From Planctomycetota bacterium (lineage in GTDB: Bacteria > Planctomycetota > SZUA-567 > H5-PLA8), in the NCBI GenBank assembly GCA_038227875.1, contig JBBRPR010000083.1:1-32769 (forward strand): a stretch of 32,769 bases of DNA. The letters are read 5' to 3'. The position numbers were made by a program, and so were the translations under genes. Every line of letters begins with the position of its first letter. The first letter of the stretch is position 1. The notes under the pieces are model-generated. The model was not told the origin of the DNA, made no database searches, and was given only the letters and a program-made list of their open reading frames with translations. Positions 1 through 9,600 of the stretch are shown here, one piece after another.

Positions 1-110
1 AAACGTGTCTCCCGCTGCCTGCGGCCCCATCCTGCCAACCTCTTCCACTATTTCGTCACTTTCCATTTTCATCGCTCCCATACCTTTCTTCATCGGCACG
101 GGACGCTCTT

Positions 111-142
111 CAATTTTCAACAATCAGTGGGACGCTTCCCGG
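111..142. mobile_element. Putative terminus of an unidentified insertion element
   Basis: CAATTTTCAACAATCAGTGGGACGCTTC-CCGG lies exactly where PoxB homology stops. It shares TTTCAACAA-N4-TGGGAC-N5-CCGG with the breakpoint at the other end of the window. No transposase is present in the window. Confidence 0.4.
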
Positions 143-1568
143 TCCAGGCGCCGTGCATCTGATGAACGGAATTTACGACGCCGCCATGGAGGGCGCGCCC
201 GTGCTGGCCATCACCGGTTCCGTTAACCACGATCTAACCGGCACATCCTTCACGCAGGAAGTCAACACGCTGGCCCTAATGAAAGATGCGACCGTCTATA
301 ATCAACTCATTACCGGCCCGCAGCACGCGCGCTCGGTTGTGGATCTGGCCTGCCGCATCGCCGCCACGACGCCAGGCGTGAGCCACCTGACAGTTGCGAA
401 GGACACTCAAAATCTGAGTGCCGAGGGCGACAAGCCGTCCAAGGAGGGAGAAAGCCTGTATGGATCATCAAAGCTCACGCCGCGAATCGAAACACCAGAC
501 GACGATGAACTCAATGCCGCAGCCGCACTGCTGAAGTCCGGCGGCAAGATCGCCATTCTTGTGGGACGCGGCGCGTTGAACGCGAGTTCCGAAGTCGAAG
601 CCCTAGCGGAGAAGCTCGGCGCTCCGGTCGCCAAGGCGCTGCTGGGCAAGGCGGTTCTCCCCGACGATTCGAAATACACCACCGGCGGTATCGGACATCT
701 GGGTACACTGCCCTCGCTACAGATCATGCAGGATTGCGACCGGCTGCTGATCCTCGGAAGCAATATGCCTCATCTTGAGTATTATCCGAATTCGAAAGCG
801 GTGAGAGTCATCCAGATCGACCGCGATGCGAAACGGCTGGGCTTGAGGTTCCCGATCGAAATGGGGCTTTCCGGCGACATCAAAGCAACGCTCAAATTGC
901 TGATTCAGAAATTGGACTACAAGGCGGACCGGAGTTTTCTCACGCTGGCTCAAAAACGCATGGCCAATTGGCGTGCAACGATGAGTGGGATCGAAGCCGA
1001 CCAGAGCGCCCCGATCAAGCCGCAGTTTCTTGCCGCGAACGTCAGCGAGTTGATCGCGGATAACGCCATGATCTCCATCGATACGGGCGCCCATACGCAG
1101 TTCAGCGCCCGGCATTTGAAAATTCGACGCGGGCAAAGTGTCGTGGTGTGCGGCAATCTCGCGAGCATGGCGCCGGCGTTGCCTTACGCCATCGCCGCGC
1201 AACTTGCCTTCCCCAACCGGCAATCGATCGCGCTGACCGGCGATGGTGGCTTCACCATGCTGATGGGCGAAGTGGCCACGGCCGTCCGCTATAATCTCCC
1301 CATTAAAGTGATTATCTTTAAGAACAACGCTCTCTCCATGGACCGCTTCGAGCAGGAAGAGATGGGCTACGAGCCATACGGCGACACGCTGCAACCCATC
1401 GACTTCGCCAAAATCGCTGAAGCCATGGGTGCGGAGGGCTACTCTTGCGCCCAACCCGCCGAACTCGCCGGAACTTTAAAACGAGCCTTCGCCAGCCCGC
1501 GGCCTGCCGTTATTGAAGTGGATGTCGACCCCAACGAACCACCCTTGCCGCCGGAAAAACTTAAGTAG
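139..1568 (+). pseudogene. Thiamine-diphosphate-dependent pyruvate oxidase/dehydrogenase (PoxB-like), 5'-truncated or interrupted
   Basis: GPGAVHLMNGIYDA motif, FAD-domain GHLGT..S, and ThDP-binding GDGGF..N. The frame upstream of GPG is open but does not resemble the expected N-terminus (no HEE motif), so homology stops at about 139. Confidence 0.8.
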
Positions 1569-1776
1569 ACGTCTAACGTGGAACTCCGGATTCAACGAAA
1601 GTAGGCAGATGCGCCATCGAATTTCAGACAGCCCTATAAAGTTTTTGTCGCGCTAGTTCGTTGAACTTTGTTACTGGAAATGGCGTCATAGTTGCGCCGG
1701 TGCCCGTTCGCAGACTTCGAGTCATGTGACAACAAGTCGATTCGTACTTCAACCCGGGTCCCGAGGAGTTAGATCC

Positions 1777-2541
1777 ATGTACCATCACGTAAAGAAACTG
1801 ATGTTTACGGTGAATGTCGACAAACCGAATCCTCGATTTGGGAACATGCTGTTGGAACAATTTGGCGGCGCGAATGGAGAACTCGCCGCGGCCATGCAAT
1901 ATTCCGTGCAAGGGATTAATTGCGATAATCCGAAATGCAAGGATCTCCTTATGGATGTGGGCACTGAAGAGCTCAGCCATCTTGAAATCATAGGAACACT
2001 CGCGCGCATGCATCTCAAACCCATGAAAACGCAGATTGATGCCGCGGAGCAGGATCCGCTAATCGCCATTGCCGGCGGCGGTGGAGTGGGGTTATATAAT
2101 TCGATGGGCGACGCTTGGACAGCGGACTATCTCAAGGTCACCGGCGAACTGGATGTGGACCTGCGCAGCAATATTGCCGCGGAGGCGCGTGCAAAGATCG
2201 TCTACGAACGTTTGATCAATTTCTGCGACGATAAAGGTACGCAAGAGGCGTTGCAGTTTTTGATGACGCGCGAAATTACCCATTTGAAAGCGTTCACCCG
2301 TGCACTGGAAAGCATCACGTCGGACGTTTTTACCATTGGAAAAATCCCGCCTACTCCGGAAATCGTCGTTCAATACTATAACGATTCGACTGGCACTGGC
2401 GACAATGGAGAAGTAGACGGTTCTGGTCCGTGGATCACAAAAGATAAGCTAGACGTGATCGATTCGCCCGCGTTGCAGGAATTTCAGGTGACCAAGGCTA
2501 CCCCAAAATCAGCAAAGACCGTGACGGGTAAAAATAAATAG
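1777..2541 (+). CDS. Manganese-containing (non-heme) catalase
   Basis: EQFGGANGELAAAMQY, TEELSHLE, DLRSNIAAEARA and REITH motifs. RBS GAGGAG precedes ATG 1777. Confidence 0.95.
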   Translation: MYHHVKKLMFTVNVDKPNPRFGNMLLEQFGGANGELAAAMQYSVQGINCDNPKCKDLLMDVGTEELSHLEIIGTLARMHLKPMKTQIDAAEQDPLIAIAGGGGVGLYNSMGDAWTADYLKVTGELDVDLRSNIAAEARAKIVYERLINFCDDKGTQEALQFLMTREITHLKAFTRALESITSDVFTIGKIPPTPEIVVQYYNDSTGTGDNGEVDGSGPWITKDKLDVIDSPALQEFQVTKATPKSAKTVTGKNK

Positions 2542-2556
2542 TTTCAATTCAAGCTG

Positions 2557-2599
2557 AGCGCCCCACTCATTCGCGCCTATTCGCCTATGAGTGGGCGCT
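2557..2599. terminator. Stem-loop downstream of catalase (possible terminator or processing hairpin)
   Basis: AGCGCCCCACTCAT ... ATGAGTGGGCGCT forms a 13-bp stem with one bulge. There is no clear U-tract. Confidence 0.35.
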
Positions 2600-2617
2600 T
2601 CGCCTAAGGTGACCCCT

Positions 2618-3169
2618 GTGAATCAAGCAACCCGAATTCGATTGATGGAAGCAGCCTTAAATGAAGCGCAGCGCGGTATGGCGGCGAGGGAAGTGCCCAT
2701 TGGTTGTGTGATAGCGCGGCAATTCGGATCACGGGTGACGATTGTGGCGCGCGGATTCAATCGCGTAAACGGACTGCAAAGGCGCAATGCTCATGCGGAG
2801 ATCGTCGCCTTTGAAAATGCCGGGATAGTGCGTTCGACCGGAAGGGCCCGGCTGCCTCTTTCGGCTGATAATGCGATTCTCATCTCGACCCTGGAACCTT
2901 GTGTGATGTGCCTGGGTGCCGCGATGGAAGCTGGATTCACCGACGTGATCTTTGGACTGCACGCACCAGCGGACAATGGAACACAACGCGTTCGTCCGCC
3001 ACTGAGTCCGGAATCCACATCTCCTAGAATTACGGGTGGCATCTTAGCGGATCGCAGTTACGAGTTATTTGTGAAATGGCTGCGTGACAATGAAAATTCG
3101 GAACAGGCCAAATTTGTGCGCCAATTAATTGCGCTAAACGAAAAAGCAGCGGCTTCTTCACGGACTTAG
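2618..3169 (+). CDS. Zn-dependent nucleoside deaminase (TadA/guanine deaminase-like)
   Basis: EVPIGCVI, HAE and TLEPCVMC motifs. Start is uncertain (GTG 2591, GTG 2618 after AAGGTG, or ATG 2645). Confidence 0.85.
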   Translation: MNQATRIRLMEAALNEAQRGMAAREVPIGCVIARQFGSRVTIVARGFNRVNGLQRRNAHAEIVAFENAGIVRSTGRARLPLSADNAILISTLEPCVMCLGAAMEAGFTDVIFGLHAPADNGTQRVRPPLSPESTSPRITGGILADRSYELFVKWLRDNENSEQAKFVRQLIALNEKAAASSRT

Positions 3170-3173
3170 TACA

Positions 3174-3932
3174 ATGACAAATTATTATACTGGTACTTCG
3201 GGTTGGACAATTCCTTCAAAATGCGCAGCGCTATTCTCCTGGCCAGGCTCGCACTTGGAACGCTATGGCAAGGTCTTGAATTCTGTAGAGATCAACAGTT
3301 CTTTCTACCGCGATCACAGCAAGGATACCTACGCGCGATGGGCGGCCAGTGTGCCAGACGACTTCCGATTCGCAGTGAAATTATCGCGGAAAATTACACA
3401 CGATTCCGGCTTGAACGTAGATTTAAATACGCTGAATAAACTTATCTCACCCATTCTTAACCTTGATGAGAAGCTCGGTGTAATTCTTATTCAGTTGCCA
3501 CCAAAATTCAAATTTGACGCTGCGTTAACGAACGCATTCTTTCGGAACATGCGCTCACTTTATTGCGGCGCAATTGCGGTTGAGCCACGCAATCGTACGT
3601 GGTCTGGCAGCCACTGCCTCGAACTGTTTCACTCTTTCCAAGTGGCGCGAGTTATTGCAGATCCAAATCCGTTGCCGGACGTTTCTCTCGAACCATTCGC
3701 GGCATTGTCTAGTCTGACCTACTTTCGCCTCCACGGCAGTCCTGAAATATACAAAAGTAACTATCCAATTACTGAATTGAAGCGATTCTGCGCGATGTCG
3801 GAAAAAAGTAAAAGGAGAGCAAATGGTGCTGTTTGGTACATATTCGACAACACAACATTTGGTCATGCGACGCAAAATGCATTAACGATGAATAAATTGG
3901 TGGAGCAAACCGCGCCACGTCTTTCGCGCTAG
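3174..3932 (+). CDS. DUF72 (YecE-like) protein
   Basis: GTSGW, VEINSSFYR, FRFAVK..ITH, LIQLPP, YFRLHG and FDN motifs. Confidence 0.92.
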   Translation: MTNYYTGTSGWTIPSKCAALFSWPGSHLERYGKVLNSVEINSSFYRDHSKDTYARWAASVPDDFRFAVKLSRKITHDSGLNVDLNTLNKLISPILNLDEKLGVILIQLPPKFKFDAALTNAFFRNMRSLYCGAIAVEPRNRTWSGSHCLELFHSFQVARVIADPNPLPDVSLEPFAALSSLTYFRLHGSPEIYKSNYPITELKRFCAMSEKSKRRANGAVWYIFDNTTFGHATQNALTMNKLVEQTAPRLSR

Positions 3933-4605
3933 CGCTGATGAAGAATCGATAATCCGCAGGCTCTCTGATTTTTTTATGTAGTGTTGCCCCACGCTATCGA
4001 TGCAGCTCAGGTCCGGCAGCTTTTGAACGCGCAATGTAGGATTACTACAGGTTGCAGGGTGGCTGTTAATCGTTCGCCACCCTGCAATTCCTGTGAACTT
4101 TTCCTATGTAACATTCAGAACAGTCGAAGTTCCGAGGTCGTTGTCGCGATGTGCGATACGTCGAGCACAGCTTACTAAACGCCGCGTGTTCAATAGAATC
4201 TGGCTTCAAAAAGTCAAATCGGGAAGCACTTCCCGAAAACTTTGAGAGGGTTTCCGGAGAATTTCCGACAGCGTTGCACGACGCTTTGGCCACGCATCAA
4301 GACTGTCCGCGCCGAAGTGCGGTGCCGAGGACTTACTGGAACGCGACCTGCTACTTCGAGGCTTCATGCGCACGCCGGTCATCTGGTGCGCCGCCATCAT
4401 CATCACTTTGGCGCCGAAACCATTTTGAATTTATGCAGTGGATCAAGTTCGGAGCGGTGAACACGATGAAACTTGCCGGCTGGGAGCGATCTGAGAAATG
4501 GACACTCGAACCAATGGAAACGTCGATCCTCTATTTATCGAATTTTTTCTACCTTTCATTTTTCTCCAAACGAAACTGGGGCTGCTGGAATCTACAGTTA
4601 ACGTG

Positions 4606-4672
4606 AGATTAGCACCCGACAAATGAAGCTTGCACTGCAAGTAACTGCCACAAAATGGGTTACATAGAGAAC
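4606..4672 (+). repeat. Dispersed direct repeat, copy A
   Basis: AGATTAGCACCCGACAAATGAAGCTTGCACTGCAAGTAACTGCCACAAAATGGGTTACATAGAGAAC. By manual alignment 57 of 67 positions match copy B, plus a 4-nt indel. Confidence 0.85.
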
Positions 4673-4691
4673 AGGGCGTCTGGCAAAGGAA

Positions 4692-5969
4692 ATGAACATG
4701 GTTCGCTCCCGCAACGCGCTCGTTATTTTAGTAGCATTTTGTGTCGCATTGGCAGTCGGCCAAGCCCACGCTGCTGCTCACGGCGGTGGCGGAGGTCACG
4801 GTGGTGGTGGCAAAGGCGGGATGGGTGGCGGGAAGCAGAATAACAATAATAATGATGATTCGGAAGACCGCGGGCTGACGTGGCAGGACTCGTACGACAG
4901 CGCGCTCGATTTTGCCAGTCACGGTGCGCACCCCGTGATGCTCGTGATCGCGCGCGACGGGAATGACGTTGATCGCAAAGCAGTGGAGCTGATGACGTCC
5001 TGGCCGGTGATCGTGGAGATGAGCAAGAAGGACTTGGCGTTCGTTTGGCAGACGGACAAGACCAACCGTGGCAAAGACCTGATCTCACAATTCAAAATCA
5101 AGACGTTTCCCTATGTGGTCTGGAAAGACCAGTACGGCAACGCGCTCTTTGGGCAGACCTTCCCGGATACAGCATCGGCGATTCAATCGGTTGCGCAGAG
5201 CTGGAAGTTAACACTCGAAAATGTCAATAAGTTCATGCAGGATCGCGTAGCACACGCCGATAAGACGCTGGCGAAGGGAAAGTTGCGAGAAGCTTATCAG
5301 GAATACACGCTCGTCGCCCCTTTTAATGGACCATACCCCGACCTGGCACGCGCGGGCAAGTCTAAGGTGTTGGACTCGTGGAAGAAACTCCTGGAACTCG
5401 CCGGCAAGATGCCGGCCGCGTCGCACGATCGCGCCAGTGTGATTAAAGGTTTGCTTAAAGAAACCACGGGTCTGGATTGCGCGAAGACGATGGCTGATGC
5501 CGTCGCCGAATTGAACAAGGCCAAGCCCGCGGCCGATGATGCGCCCGCTGCCAATGTTCCAGTTGAAGTCGCCGCGAAAAACGACGCGATTGCCGCGTCC
5601 GTGACCGCGATGCCTCCCCCGGAGATGAAGGCGCTAAAGACTCTGGCCAGCGCGCCGGTCAACCTGGAACGCGAGAGCGACGATTCAAGCTTCGACACGC
5701 ATCTACTAAGCGACAGTTCCGACGAAAAGCTGAAGGCCGCCGACAAGACTTTGAAAGAAGGCCTGATCGCCTATCGCCAAGCCTGCGCCGATTCGATGGA
5801 CCGCGGCGAAGCGCGCAACACGCTGTTGAAGAAAGCGCACGATCTCTTCGACCAGAGTGTTCAGACCATCGACGCCGTCAACACCGCCAAGCCCAATCCG
5901 CAGCTCGATCGCATGATGTCGCAGATTTCGATGCTGATGTACGGCTGCTTGAAGTATCAGTCGCTGTAA
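4692..5969 (+). CDS. Exported hypothetical protein with possible thioredoxin-like N-terminal domain and helical C-terminus
   Basis: Signal peptide ending in AHA, Gly/Asn-rich linker, and W..SYDSAL..A....PVMLVI / F.IKTFPYVVW.D..G pattern typical of Trx-like folds lacking CxxC. Start may be 4698. Confidence 0.75.
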   Translation: MNMVRSRNALVILVAFCVALAVGQAHAAAHGGGGGHGGGGKGGMGGGKQNNNNNDDSEDRGLTWQDSYDSALDFASHGAHPVMLVIARDGNDVDRKAVELMTSWPVIVEMSKKDLAFVWQTDKTNRGKDLISQFKIKTFPYVVWKDQYGNALFGQTFPDTASAIQSVAQSWKLTLENVNKFMQDRVAHADKTLAKGKLREAYQEYTLVAPFNGPYPDLARAGKSKVLDSWKKLLELAGKMPAASHDRASVIKGLLKETTGLDCAKTMADAVAELNKAKPAADDAPAANVPVEVAAKNDAIAASVTAMPPPEMKALKTLASAPVNLERESDDSSFDTHLLSDSSDEKLKAADKTLKEGLIAYRQACADSMDRGEARNTLLKKAHDLFDQSVQTIDAVNTAKPNPQLDRMMSQISMLMYGCLKYQSL

Positions 5970-6628
5970 TTCAGGCCTGCAGTGCGGCGCTGACGCTAGC
6001 GCCCCGCTGAGGGTGAGACGTGCTCTCTGTTTCGCTCACTTCGCAGAATAGTTTCAGCCTTCGGATGCATCAGAACCACGCGATCCCGTTTACCCTCGGG
6101 CTGCCTGGCTTAGTGAACTCGGATATGGCAATCTTTTTGATTGGCTGGTCATTCATCCCTGATTTATACCGCGAAGGCCGGGAAGAGCGGGGCAATGGTG
6201 CTGATCGAACTGGGCGTGTTCCACATTCCCGGCGATTATGCGGGCTGGCGTTCAGCGGGACGCATGAGGTGATCGCGGGCGCGAAGGAGTGGGTGCTGCG
6301 GATGGCCGTGAAGGGCCGCAGAAGCAGTGATGTTCCGAGGACGGTCCGTGTGCAGAAACTGGAGTCCGTCTTGAGACTCTACGCGGATACGCAGAAACCA
6401 TAGCGGGAACGTCGCCATCAAGGTCCAGGCCGTCAGCCGTGAAGCCCTGAACCGTTTGGCTCCGCGATGTGGCGCACGCAGCCGAGTCGACTTTCTACAC
6501 CCACCGCAACACGAGCTGATTGAGCTGCGCCGACGGACGCTACGACTGGACAATTTGGGTGGTATTTATATAGTTATCTGATTGTTTTAGGTTTTATACT
6601 TGCTGACTCGAGAGAATCGCGAGGTCCT

Positions 6629-9600
6629 ATGTTGCGCTCTGCCTGTGGAACGCGTCGAATGAGAATCGTGGGATGTGCGGCTGCTCTTCTGGCGCACTGC
6701 GTATTTAACGCAAACTCTGCAGAAACCATTCTACATTCCTTTCAAGGCCCCTATCTGGATGGCGGCGATCCGGCGAACGGTGTTATTCTGGGTAGCGACG
6801 GTGCGCTTTACGGCACAACCCGAAGTGGTGGAACACATGACCAGGGGACGATCTACAAGCTCAATGTCGATGGTACGGGCTACACGGTGTTGCGCAACTT
6901 TTTCGGATATAACTTAGCCAATCAGGCCACTGATGGTGCGGCTCCGGATGGTGAACTGGTTCAAGGCTCCGACGGTGCGCTCTACGGTACAACCGAACTG
7001 GGCGGCGCGAGTGGGAGCGGAACAATATTCAAGATCAACACCGACGGTACCGGATTCACCATCCTTCATGCGTTCCCCAGTACTCCCGACGATACGGATG
7101 GCTCGATGCCCATAGGTGGTCTGATCGAGGGTGCCGATGGAGCACTTTACGGTACTGCGTGGGGCGGAGGCTTCATCGGAGTAAACGAAGGCGGCATTGT
7201 TTTCAAAATCAGTAAAACGGGTGCTGGGTACACGGTCCTGCATTCTTTCGTTACCTCGCCCACCGACGGTTACGATCCGACTGGAAGACTGGTTCAGGGC
7301 AAGGACAACGTTCTTTACGGCACAACTATCAGCGGTGGCGCGTCTGGAGACGGGACGATCTTCAAAGTCGCCACAAACGGAACTGGATTCGCCGTGCTAC
7401 ACTCATTCAATGGTTCGGCCGGCGATGGTATAAATCCGTCCCTATCACCGCTCATTCAAGGTAGTGATTTGGCCCTTTACGGGGTGACAATGAACGGCGG
7501 CGCAAATAACAGGGGCACCATCTATAAAATCAGCACAGACGGAAGTAACTACTCCATCCTGCGTTCGTTTGTCAATAATCTGGTGGATGGCACCGCGCCC
7601 CAAGGAGCGCTACTTCAAGCGAGCGACGGTGCAATCTACGGCACAACCTCACAGGACGGTACGTTAGGGGGCGGAACGATCTACAAGATTAATACGAATG
7701 GAACTGGCTACGCTACTGTTTATCCGTTCACGCCGGCGAGTGGGGCTGTAGGGCCGCTCGCCGGACTAATACAGGGAAGCGACGGAACAATTTATGGAAC
7801 GAGTTCCGCCGGCGGATCTACGTTCAATGGTACAGTATTCAGCTTCAGCATTGCCGGCCCTTTGGATCACTTCGTTTTAAACTTTGCTTCTTCCGAGACC
7901 AACGCAACCCCGTTCTCCGGGACCAATACGATCACCGCTCAAGACGTGAACAACAACACGGTGCAGAATTTTGATGCTTCTACCAACAATGTAACGATCG
8001 TCGCCCTCTCGCCACTGACCGGTGGTGTTTCGGGTCTCGGAACGGGCGTCAACAACAAATTGAATAAGGCCTCCGACTTTATAAAGGGAGTTGCCAACCT
8101 CACCGCGCTGGGCATGAATTACACCGGGAACTCCGGCACCGGGACGTTCAAGGCGACGTCGGCGGATTCGAAGAGCGGCACATCCGGAAACGTAACCATC
8201 AATTCGGGCAGCCTCGATCATTTTAACCTGGTGCTCGCCAGTCCCCAAAGCAACGGTGTGGCATGCACGGGAACCAACACGCTTACGGCGGCGGACATTT
8301 CCAATAATACCGTATCAAGTTTCAATGCGTCGACCAACAACGTCACGCTCTCTGTGAACGTACCGTTGACAGGCGCGGTTTCTGGATTGGGCAGCGGCGG
8401 CAACAGCGTCTTGAACCGGGCTTCCGATTTCACCAATGGCGTCGCAAATCTGACGGCTTTGGGCCTGACGTATAACTGCAACGCGGCGACCGGAACGCTC
8501 ACCGCGACTTCCGCGAACGCGAAGACCGGAACGTCTGGATCGGTCACGGTCAATGTCGGCCCGCTGCATCATTTCCTCTGGTCGCTGGCCGGTGCCGAAA
8601 CGGATGGCGTCGCATTTGGCGGGACGAATACGTTGACTGCGTTGGATTCTGGGAACAACACCGTCACCGCGTTCGATGCCTCCGCAAATGCAGTCGTCAT
8701 TACCGCGGTTTCGCCGCTGACAGGCGTGGTCTCCGGCCTGGGCACGGGCGCCAACAATGTCTTGAATAAACCGACGGACTTCACCAACGGTGTCGCCAAT
8801 TTGACCGCTCTGGGCATGACATACGTGGGGAACGCCGCGACCGGAAAATTCCTGGCGACATCGGCAACCTCGAAGTCGGGCCAATCCGGCAACGTGGCGA
8901 TTGCAATAAATTCGCTCCACCACTTCGGTTTCGCTCTGGCGGCGTCAGAATCGACCGGCGTTCCGTTCGCTGGAAGCAATACGCTGACGGCTCAGGACAT
9001 TGGCAATAACGCAATCACGACATTCGATGCGTCGTTGGACAACGTTACCATTATCGCCAACGCACCGCTGACGGGAATCGTCACCGGTCTGGGCACGAGC
9101 AGTAACAATGTATTGAATCGAGCCGCGGACTTCGTTAATGGCGTCGCCGATCTGACCGCGCTGGGTTTGACCTATACCGGGAACATCCAAACCGGAACGT
9201 TCACCGCAAATTCCGCCAGTTCGAAGACTGGAACCTCCGGCCCCGTTGCAGTCAAGCTGCCGCAGACGATTACCTTCAACGCGCTCTCAAATGTGACGTA
9301 TGGAATTGCGCCGTTTCCGCTCACGGCGTCATCGGATTCCGGATTGACCGTGACTTTTTCGGTGGTTTCCGGCCCCGCGTCGATCACCGGAAATGTGCTG
9401 ACCATCACCGGTGCCGGTCCCGTCTCGGTGCAAGCCGACCAGAGCGGAGACGCCACGCACAGCCCCGCTCCGCCAGTAACTCGGCCGCTGACGGTTACGC
9501 GGGCGACGCTCACCGTAACCGCGAACGATAAAACAAAGGTCGCGGGAAATGCCAATCCGGCCTTCACGGCCACATTATCCGGATTTGTGAATGGCGATAC

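Noticed and set aside
3981..4606. ORFs 4151-4606 and overlapping short ORFs
   Set aside because: No recognisable motif or RBS. Probably degenerate or non-coding.
5980..6009. Hairpin after the 425-aa gene
   Set aside because: Imperfect stem with no adjacent U-tract. Too weak to call a terminator.
6020..6553. ORFs 6020-6403 and 6236-6553
   Set aside because: No recognisable homology. May be a remnant but I cannot support it.
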